A stretch of DNA of 64,000 nt, taken from assembly GCF_000281045.1 (NCBI RefSeq), contig NW_008246081.1, forward strand, positions 179,838-243,837. Reading direction: 5' to 3'. This document shows positions 11,215-20,225 of this stretch, piece by piece. The notes below the pieces were generated by a model. The model had not been told where the DNA came from and did not search any database. It saw only the letters and a program-made list of their open reading frames with translations. Within the stretch, counting starts at the first letter, position 1. The number at the start of each line of letters is the position of its first letter. Origin of the DNA: Saprolegnia diclina VS20 (taxonomy: Eukaryota). The translations under genes and the position numbers were made by a program.

Positions 11215-12565
11215 ATGGTGGCGTGGCGAGCTCTGGCGATCGCGGTCCTCTTGGGCGTTGCCGCAGCCAAGAAGTCGGACTGCAACAAGTGCCACCGCAC
11301 GTGGAAGCACCGATCGGCGGCCAAGCACCACGCGTGGACGCGCGACGAGCAGGAGCTGGCGCTGCTGCCAAAGCACTTTGACTGGTGCGAGCAAGGCATG
11401 TGCACCACGTCGTGGAACCAGCACATTCCGCAGTACTGCGGGTCGTGCTTTGCGCACGGGTCGCTCTCGAGCGCCAACGACCGCATCAAGATCATGAACC
11501 ACAAGCTCGGTCTCCGCGGCCCCGACGTCATGCTCGGGCGCCAGAGCTTCCTCAACTGCGCGCCAGGCCACGGCCTCTCGGACGGCTGCGGCGGCGGCGA
11601 GCCCGCGGACGTGTACGAGTTCATGCGCGTGTATGGCCTTCCGGACGAGACGTGTCTTCCGTACAATGCGACCGACCACACCAAGTACACCAACGGCACG
11701 TGCCCACCCGAGGGCTATTGCATGAAGTACGTTCTCTTCTGTTGACATGGCGATCCTCATGCACACTGCGATTAGCTGCATGTACACGCCCGAGAGCCCG
11801 GCTGTCGCCGTGTGTTTTCCAGTCACCAAGATGGTCCGGTACCGTGCCAAGGAATACGGGCGCCTGGAAGGCGAGGTAGCGATGATCAAGGAGCTCCAGA
11901 AGGGCCCGATCACGTGCGGGATCGCCGTGAGCTCCGGGTTCAAGTACGACTACGCGGCCGGCATCTTCAACGACACGACCGGCTTTATGGACATTGACCA
12001 CGACGTCGAGATTGTCGGCTACGGCGAAGAGCACGGCGTCAAGTTTTGGAACGTGCGCAACTCGTGGGGTACCTACTGGGGCGAGAACGGCTTCTTCAAG
12101 ATCGTCCGCGGCAGCAACAACCTCGCAATCGAGTCCGACTGCCACTACATGGTGCCCGACATCAGCGACGAAGAGCTCATTTGGACCAAGAAGCCCGCGT
12201 ACGGCGGCTCGATCTACGGTCTCGTGCCCTTCAACGACGCGCGCTCCAAGAGACACCCGGTCACCGACACGTCCGAGATCACGGAAGCGAACGCGACGCA
12301 GCTCACGTCCCACGAGAAACCCGCGCACACGACTGCGCACCGCACGCCCCACCCCGACGACATTGTACCGCCCAAGCAAAAGGACGGTCTCCGGAAAGCA
12401 GAGGCCAATCTCATGGCGGTGGAGCCCCCGCCGTCGGTGTCGCTGGACAGCTACTCGCCCGCGCAGCTGGGGCTCGCCTTTCTCGGCGTCGGTTGCATCG
12501 GCTTTGTCGCGAGTATGGTCGCCGCCACCAAGCTTCGCCAAGCGCGGTACCAGATCATCGAGTAG
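11215..12565 (+). CDS. Cathepsin Z/X-like papain-family (C1A) cysteine protease with signal peptide and C-terminal TM
   Basis: NQHIPQYCGSC (HIP mini-loop, catalytic Cys), DHDVEIVGYG (His) and VRNSWG (Asn). One intron at ~11728-11774. Hydrophobic LGLAFLGVGCIGFVASMVAA near the C-terminus. Confidence 0.9.
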
Positions 12566-13441
12566 AGAGACCGTGTAAACATCCCAACGAAGCTCGCATG
12601 AGCGTAGATGTAATTACGTAATACCGGTTCCTAGTTGGCTACTAGGGCAAAGTGGCAGTGACGTCGAGTCGCCGGAATGGAAGTAAGCATTGGGGCATGG
12701 TAACTTGTACTTGGGTGCAGAACAACCGCACGATCCCGTACAACCAAGCACGCTTCGTCGACGCAAGTGACTTCTTCACGAACCGTCGCAACCGACGCAG
12801 ACCCAGCTCGTCGCCGCAGACCTGAACTGACGAATATTTCTTCAAATCACCTCATTTCTTATATACAATCTCAGATCTATCTCAATCAGAGTGGAGTACT
12901 CGATCGTCGTCCCTGTCTGCAAAGTGTGCTGCGCAGAGAGAGCATCTACACTCAAATCGGTGACGACATGACCGCGCGATATGTGGGGCTGCTAGCTTGG
13001 TGCCACCTCGAGTCTCTTGACAGTCGGCTACCAAGTGCAGAGGCTGTGCGTTTGGCCCTGGGCGCTCTGTCGTGCGATGAACTTGTCTGGTCTGCTTCAA
13101 GCCCACATCTAGCAAGCCGCTCTGGGATCGAATGGGCTGCGCAGAGAAGTCGAGGTAGCAGCGGTCACGTCGGGGCTTCAAGTTGAGATACTCTTGAGAA
13201 CAGGAAGTGGTCGGCAAACGGGCGCCACGGATCTTCGCTCGGATTGGTGCGTTTCAAACGACAACTAATATCTGTGCCAGCTGGTGGCGGGCCACGTTTT
13301 TGCAGGGTAGGGACGGGGTCCTGGCCAATACGGCAATATGGTTTTCAATAAGGTGAGGGGGTGGCATTGATTTCTACTGTAGGGGGTTCCTCGAAGAAGC
13401 CATGTCAATGCCAGCCAGCACAACTGAATTGCCCGCCGGCG

Positions 13442-14961
13442 ATGACGGGCATGAAGCTTTGCTACTGCACCGACGTCGAAGGCAACATTGACTACTTCAA
13501 CAGATACGTGGCGCTCTCCGAAGGCGTCTACTACGACAGCAACGGTCGTCTGGAGCTTCGGCCAGGCTACATCTTTGTCTTTGGTGGCGACGCGGGCGAC
13601 AAGGGCCTCGGCACGTTGCGGTACATGGCAGCCACCACGACAACGTCATCGATGATTGCCCTGTGTAGTTTATACCGACTCCTTATTGACATCAAAACCA
13701 AGTACCCGACGCGGGTTGTTCTTATTGCGGGCAACCGTGATGTCAACAAGATGCGCTTCACATCCGAGCTCACGCCGACCGAGCTGGACCTGGCCACGAT
13801 GAGCCGAGGTCGTATTAATTTGCCCTAGCACACTTACGAGCATGGCCACGTAGATCTCGTGGACGGCCCGCTCTGGGTCCCAACCAAGGGGCGTGTCAGT
13901 GTCAAAGACTTCTTGTGCAACGAAGTGCTGCAACAATCGCCCGACACCGTCTCCGCGTCCATGCTGGCAAGTGTTAACAACAAAGTACGTGCGCTAGTTC
14001 GCGATCACGTCATGAATGAGCGAAGGTGAACCGAGTCAAGTGGATGCTCAAGCACACGATGGGGTCGGACGGCGACTTTGAACGGCGGCGCGCCGAGCTC
14101 CAGGACTCGAAAGCCGACACCGTCTCGGACGAGGACGTCGTGGCATCGTACGTCTCGTCGGTCGAGGCGGGTGGCATCCTTCGCGAATACCTGCAGCTCT
14201 GCGTCCTCAGCTACGTGCATGGACCCAATCTGTTTGTCCACGGAGGTGTCATGAACAAGGACGGCGAGGGCTGCGTCGGGTACGTGCCGTCGTCCGAAAA
14301 GCCCCAGGACGACCTCTCGATTGCGTCGTGGGTTTCGGCACTCAATGGTTGGTACGACAGCCAGCTGGCCGGGTGGATAGCGCAGCCGACGTGGCTGCCG
14401 GACCACTCGTACCGAGGCGGTCAGAGCCTCCAAGCGTACGGGCTTCCGGTCGCCACCCACAGCGTGATCAACGGCCGCCACTTGTACCCGTCCGGCATGC
14501 CCCGCTTGCTGCCCGAGGACGTCGTTGCACGTCTCTGGCAAGATGGCGTCCGGCGCGTCATTATGGGCCACACGCCGCACGGCATTTCGCCCACGATTGT
14601 CAAGCAGCCATCGCCCGATGGCGGCGTCTTTGAGACCGTCATGTGCGACACCAGCTACAGCGATGCGAGTCGACCGGACAACCGCGGCAACTGCGTCTCG
14701 GAGCTCGTCGTGGACGGCGAATGTGCCGTGTTGCGCGGTCACATTGACACGGCGTCCATGCACGAGGTCTTCGACTTCTCCACCAGCGACAGCAGCTGTG
14801 TGGGGTATCAGCTGCCAAACAACGGTCCGTGGGTCAAGCTCCGCACAACCGACGGCGCGTACCTCGTGTGCACAATCACCAACGGCTTCTTGTACACCTA
14901 CGAGGAAATGGAGGCTGCGGTCGTCGAGTCGCTCATGACGTCGTCCACCGAGGCTGCGTAA
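13442..14961 (+). CDS. Calcineurin-like metallophosphoesterase family protein (multi-exon)
   Basis: Motifs TDVEGN, GGDAGDKG, GNRD, FVHGG, MGHTPHG and CDTSYS occur in canonical order. Short introns near 13621, 13811 and 13986. Confidence 0.75.
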
Positions 14962-15249
14962 TCTCGGTCAAGAAAGGTCTTGTTCGTAGCGTCCGCCCAT
15001 TCTCTTCCAAGAAGACCCTGACAACCACTTGGGTTGTTGATGGCTTCACTGTGCCAAGCCCGGCCAAAGGAATTCCCTCAATCCCAGTCCAGACGACCCT
15101 ATTAGCACCCTCTGCGCCTACCAAGTCGTTGGCGTGGAGCTTCTTAGGCCCATCGTAAAGATACTGCTTCCTCAGTTGGCTACTAGTACTTGGCGCTCGG
15201 GGCTGTCGAGTCGTCTGTCCTGTCGACACTGGGACGCAGCTCGCAGCGA

Positions 15250-15390
15250 CTCCCTTCGAGCACTGGCAGGCCATTGGTGGAATTTATGGGGCCAAGATTT
15301 TCCAGCGTTGCCATTGGTCGGCTTGACGTTGAAGTTGCTGGGCTTCGATTTCGGGCCAAGGTCATTTTCGCTTTGGTCGCATCATGCCAA
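15250..15390 (+). mobile_element. Possible degraded hAT transposase C-terminal (dimerisation) fragment
   Basis: HWWNLWGQDFPAL..LKLL..RSFS resembles the hAT WW..G..FP.L..A..L..ERSFS pattern. No intact ORF or TIRs were seen. Confidence 0.25.
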
Positions 15391-16000
15391 CAACCAGCTT
15401 CCTCATCCGGCGCATCTCGCGTCGGCTCGATGAGATGGACGAGCGTGCCGCCCCGATCTCCGAGGCCGAGTGCCATTCCCTCATGCAGCGGTTCAACGAC
15501 AAGAGCCTCCTTCCTGCAGGCTGTCGCAGACTGCTTGAAAAGACACCCGATCACCAAGCTCACAGTGATCCAGCGACGACACAAGCGATGGTCGCATGAC
15601 AGAAGGTCGTGCTCGCTCCAAGGGTGCTGAGTAATAGCACTTCTATCCTTGAATTCATCAACAGTCCGTGTCTTGCTTGTGTGAACTCGCTCCGCCCAGG
15701 CTCCGATTGCCATAAGATTTGGTAGAGCACGACTAAGATGAGTACCAAAGACATTTTAGTTGGAGCGTATGCACGTTGGCACGTGGTGTCAGTGGTCTGT
15801 TGTGGTCAATCAGCCACCAGGTAGCAGAGCTCTCGAGCACCTTGGTTCCGGCGGCTTTGTCTTTTTACCGACACCTGGTCGGTCCTAAGCGACAAGACAG
15901 CTGTGATTGGCTAAAATAGGATGTATTTTTCGCTCAATCGTAACCTTCCTTTTCTCCCCACGTTTTTATAATCACAGTCTCGAATTTGCTCGGTTGCAGC

Positions 16001-17024
16001 ATGGCCGAAGCAACGCCCTTGGTCGTCGACCTCGGGTCTCCGGACGACGTGTACCTCCGCCGGGGTGACGACTGGGTCGGGCCGTCGCAGCTGAGTCGGT
16101 CTGACCTCATGGCGCACTTCCGCCTGGAGGCGCCGCTCAAGGCCATGGGCGAGGCGTCGCTGCCTGATGGCCACAAGCACCTCCTCCGCGGCTTGGGCTT
16201 GAGTAACTCGAGTGCAGCAGACGTTATCAGTAAATATAGTTCCAATGTCTCGCTCCTGAGCGTGCTGGAAGGCGTCGCCTTCGGCCGGCCCATCGAAGCC
16301 ATCCCCGACCACGTCATCCAGAAGGGCTTCCAGTTCCCAACGACGGCGCCCACGCCGAGCGCCGTGTACCGAACAACATCCGCGACAAACGGCGCCGCGC
16401 CACCTCGCTCCGGTCTCGTGCGCCCGCCGCCAACGTCGACGCTCGGTGACCACGCCATCGACGCGAGCGCGCTCTCGGAGAAGGAGAAGAAGGACATGAA
16501 GAAGAAGGAGAAAAAGAAGAAGCGCGACCGCGAAGACGCCGAGACGCTCAAGACGGTGCTCTTGCCCTTCCTCCAAGAACTCAAGGGCATGACGTGGAAG
16601 AGTACGCCGATCGCATCCTCTCCTCACATTGCGTACTCATGTTCATGTAGCGTGGCGCATCAACGGCAAGCCGGGCAACCCGTTCATTGAAAAGTACACG
16701 CGCGAGAACTGCAAGAGCCTCGGCGTCCCCAACTACTTTGACTTTATCCAAGTGCCCATGGACCTCACGCGCATTGGCGAGAAGATCCAGCGCATGGAGT
16801 ACGTCGAGCTCTCGCAGCTCACGCAGGACGTCGCGCTCCTGGTCAACAACGCCAAGACGTTCAACCCCGCGGGCACGCCCGTGCACCAGATGGCGCTCGA
16901 CTTCCAAAAGGTCTACGACGACAAGCTCGTGCAGTACAAGACCATTTACGACGACGTGCACGCGGACCGCAAGAAGCGCAAGAAGGAGAAGAAGAAGAAG
17001 AAGGACAAGAAGAAGGACAAGTAG
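16001..17024 (+). CDS. Bromodomain protein with Med19-like N-terminal region (2 exons)
   Basis: Clear bromodomain LGVPNYFDFIQVPMDL..NNAKTFNPAGTPVHQMA in exon 2 (intron ~16602-16650). The N-terminal GPSQLSRSDLMAHFRL..SLLSVLE..IEAIPDHVIQKGFQF and the Lys-rich tracts resemble Mediator Med19. Confidence 0.85.
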
Positions 17025-17069
17025 GTTTCCCGTAAGTTAACAGCGTACTACACATGCATATCAATCTCT

Positions 17070-17786
17070 TCATACGGCGTCGCCACGCAGCCCGGCGCGC
17101 TCGTCGTCCGACCGCAGCGACTGGAGGTGACCGAAGCGAATGGACGGCGGCACGATGGGCACCAAGTAGAGCCACCACTCGTGGCCAAAGTAGACGCGCA
17201 GGTTCGCGGCAAAACCCAGCGCGTTGCCGCTACGACCGGCCATAAAGTCCAGCGTCGTCTTGCCCTGCGAGAGGAGGTAGAGATGGAAGAGACAGTACCC
17301 GCCGAGGAGGAACCCAACGCCAAAGCTCAGCACGGTAATGAACGACACAAAGAGGCTGCGGTGGCCCGTCGAGCCCACGAGAAGCGACGCCGACCAAAGG
17401 CACGAGAGCGACGTGTAGAAGAGGAAGAGGATAAAGATCTTCTTGGTGCGCTCGCCGACGCAGTTGGACGTCCATGGGCAGTGGTGGTCCATGCGCGAGA
17501 TGCAGCGCATGCAGACAGAGCAATGGTGGAAGTTATCGGGCTTGACGCAGTCGCATTTCTCACAGTAGCGGGCTTCGGTGTCGATGTCCCCGTCCTCGGG
17601 CGAGAGGAGCGCGGCCACCGAGAGCGAGGGCGAGACGAAGATGGCGCCAGCGTAGGACACGACCATGAGGAAGACGAGGACGCCCTCGATGACGACGTCG
17701 CCGGCGGCCAAGCCATGCGTCGTCGCGATCGCGAGCGCCTTGAGGGCCATGAGGCCGACCGCGATCCCGACGAAGACCTTGGTCAT
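17070..17786 (-). CDS. DHHC palmitoyltransferase
   Basis: CEKCDCVKPDNFHHCSVCMRCISRMDHHCPWTSNCVG with four hydrophobic segments and a TTxE-like TTLD. The start codon is uncertain. Confidence 0.92.
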   Translation of the reverse strand: MTKVFVGIAVGLMALKALAIATTHGLAAGDVVIEGVLVFLMVVSYAGAIFVSPSLSVAALLSPEDGDIDTEARYCEKCDCVKPDNFHHCSVCMRCISRMDHHCPWTSNCVGERTKKIFILFLFYTSLSCLWSASLLVGSTGHRSLFVSFITVLSFGVGFLLGGYCLFHLYLLSQGKTTLDFMAGRSGNALGFAANLRVYFGHEWWLYLVPIVPPSIRFGHLQSLRSDDERAGLRGDAV

Positions 17787-17994
17787 GGGCGGCTGGCAAA
17801 TTAAAATATGATTGTTCAAATGGCTATACAACCGCTTACAGGACCGTCTTTATTTATAGAAATATGGACCATACACTTTGTGTTTGTATGTGTTTTTTTT
17901 TTGGTATTGTATCATTCTCGAACGGCCCAAGAGATGCACGTTTTATTTTACTTTTTTATATTATTATTACGACTCCAAAATTACGTGGCACGCT

Positions 17995-19236
17995 TTACGG
18001 CGTTTCGCTCTCCTTCTTGGGGCCACGCGGCTGGCGCGGACGCCGGGGCGCCGACGACTTGGCCGCTCCGCTCTTGGCCGACTCACCTGTCGGCGACGGA
18101 CTACTGCTCGACGGCTTGGTAGCGCTGCGCTGAGGGCGGGCCTTGGGCGCTTCACCAGCGGCCGAGGCTGCAGACGCCTCCGTTGGCGTCGCCTTGGGCT
18201 TGTACTGGCGGCGAGACTGCTTGGGCTTTTCCGCAGCGTTGGCGTCGGCAGCAGGCACCGTTGCCGGCGCGTTGTTGCGAGGCGAGTTCTTGCGGCGGTT
18301 GCCAGAGCTGGGGCGCTTGCCACCAGCAGCGGCCGCAAATGACTTGGTCGGTGCCGCAGCCTCTTCGGGCACGGGCTCCTGAACGTCCTGAGGAGCAGCG
18401 ACGTCGTTCGCGACAGCCGGGGTTTCGTCGGCGACAGGGACCTCGGCCACAGCGTCCGGCTCGGCAAAAAAGTTGATCTGAGGCACTTCAACAACGGCCT
18501 CGGCGACACGGACGGGGTTCACGAGACGGTCGACAGCTTCGCGCAAGTCGTGGTACGACATATCGCATGCGAGGACCTTCTCGCTCTGTGTCAAGTAGCG
18601 CTTGGCTTCAACCAAGGACTCGGCAAGGTTTTCCTTGAACGCAACCTCGGCAGGCGGGCGCGTGCCGCCCATGAGCACCTTGACAAAGTAGTCGAGCGCA
18701 ATCGGCACGTCGTGGCCCAAAGCCTGGTGCAAGCTCACGGCGTGGAGTAGCTTGAGGATTTCGCCGACGTACTCCATCTTCTCCTCTTCGAGATCGTGGG
18801 TTTCGACCGCCGGCGTCGTCGGAGCGGGCGCGGTCTCTTCTTCGTCCTCAACAACGTTTTCGACGACGGCGACAACGTCTTCAACAACGGGCTCCGCCTC
18901 GACAGGAGCCTCGACCTTGGCGGAAGCCGCGGGCAGGATCGTCGTCTCGACAAAGACCACGCGGAGCGCTTCAAGCTCGGCGTACATCTTTTCCACAAGA
19001 GTCTTGTTGGCAAGCACCTCAAGCTGCTGCTCGTTGAGCGTCTTGTTGGAGCCGACCATGGACTCTTCGAGCGACTTGATCTTCTCCTGCTTCTTCTTGA
19101 GCGAGCGCAGCTTCTTGTTGAGGAGCACGACGTACGGGTGCTCGATGGCCGCGTAGTCGATGGGCGCGGGGGCGGCCTTCTTCTTGCCGTTGGCCTTCTT
19201 GTCGTTCGTGGTCGTCGTCGCGCGTGCCAGGCCCAT
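17995..19236 (-). CDS. Caprin-like coiled-coil RNA-granule protein
   Basis: LLNKKLRSLKKKQEKIKSLEE..KTLNEQQLEVL resembles the caprin-1 HR1 helix. It also has an INFF motif and a basic disordered C-terminus. Confidence 0.6.
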   Translation of the reverse strand: MGLARATTTTNDKKANGKKKAAPAPIDYAAIEHPYVVLLNKKLRSLKKKQEKIKSLEESMVGSNKTLNEQQLEVLANKTLVEKMYAELEALRVVFVETTILPAASAKVEAPVEAEPVVEDVVAVVENVVEDEEETAPAPTTPAVETHDLEEEKMEYVGEILKLLHAVSLHQALGHDVPIALDYFVKVLMGGTRPPAEVAFKENLAESLVEAKRYLTQSEKVLACDMSYHDLREAVDRLVNPVRVAEAVVEVPQINFFAEPDAVAEVPVADETPAVANDVAAPQDVQEPVPEEAAAPTKSFAAAAGGKRPSSGNRRKNSPRNNAPATVPAADANAAEKPKQSRRQYKPKATPTEASAASAAGEAPKARPQRSATKPSSSSPSPTGESAKSGAAKSSAPRRPRQPRGPKKESETP

Positions 19237-19502
19237 GTCTATCGCGTGCTTCGGTCGCTCTGTGACTGGCGAAAAAAACGTAAAATGACCCCGCGATGTC
19301 TCCACACAAAATCCTCTGCCAATCCGGATACGGGGCGTTCCACAAATCTTCGCCCCTTGCACTTGACGACGAAAAAAGAACCTCGATCAGGCGCGCGCGG
19401 GTTTATCCGGATACATCCGTTGTCGCAGGGAGCTCCTCCTAAGTGCGCCCTGGCATCCGCCACCTTGAGGTTCGAGACCACACAACCAACAGCCGCAGCA
19501 CA

Positions 19503-20093
19503 ATGAGCACCGCCAAGGCCGCCGCCAAGCAGGCCGCGAAGGAGCTCCTCGCGCTCTGCGCCAAGGAAGGCGTCCTCGTGCCCACAGACCCGATGAACGC
19601 CATGATTCAGGCTGGCACGATGCTCAATGCGACGCGCGAAGACGGCGCATACAACCTCGACGCGGCCTTGAAGGCGATGACCGACAAGTTTGGGGCCAAG
19701 GCGCCCGAGGTGAAGGCAACCAAGAAGCGAAAGGCGCCGGCTAAGAAGGCCAAAGACGGCGACGAGGCCAAGGGTGCTGGCGACGACGAGGATGGCGGCG
19801 AGGCAGCAACCAAGAAGAAGAAGATTGCGCAGGCCACGAACGAGAAGAACCAGGCGCTGGCCGAGGCGTTTGCCGAGCTCGCGGGCTTTGAGTTCAAGCG
19901 CGGTGAGAAGTTCAAGGGCGGGTCGTACTCCAAGGTCGCCAAGGCGATCCGCGATGCCGAGGACAAGATCGAGAGCGGGAAGGCGGCCATGAAGCTCAAG
20001 GGCATTGGCAAGGCGAGCGCGTCCAAGATTGACGAGTTCCTCGAGCATGGCAAGATCGAAAAGCTCGAAGAGTACCGGGCAGGCAACATGTAA
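19503..20093 (+). CDS. Stand-alone DNA polymerase beta N-terminal (8-kDa HhH/dRP-lyase) domain protein
   Basis: NQALAEAFAELAGFEFKRGEKFKGGSYSKVAKAI..KIESGKAAMKLKGIGKASASKIDEFLEHGKIEKLE aligns with the Pol beta lyase domain. The stop follows immediately and there is no polymerase domain. Confidence 0.85.
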   Translation: MSTAKAAAKQAAKELLALCAKEGVLVPTDPMNAMIQAGTMLNATREDGAYNLDAALKAMTDKFGAKAPEVKATKKRKAPAKKAKDGDEAKGAGDDEDGGEAATKKKKIAQATNEKNQALAEAFAELAGFEFKRGEKFKGGSYSKVAKAIRDAEDKIESGKAAMKLKGIGKASASKIDEFLEHGKIEKLEEYRAGNM

Positions 20094-20225
20094 TCGTGGC
20101 TAATACTCGTATGACAGTAATATGCGTTCGCATCTTGGCGCCAAAGCACAAGCAGGATATAGTGTGAACAACACACATTCTGGCTTGTCCGGATAAACGT
20201 AACAGTGGTAAACACGCGCTCGGGC

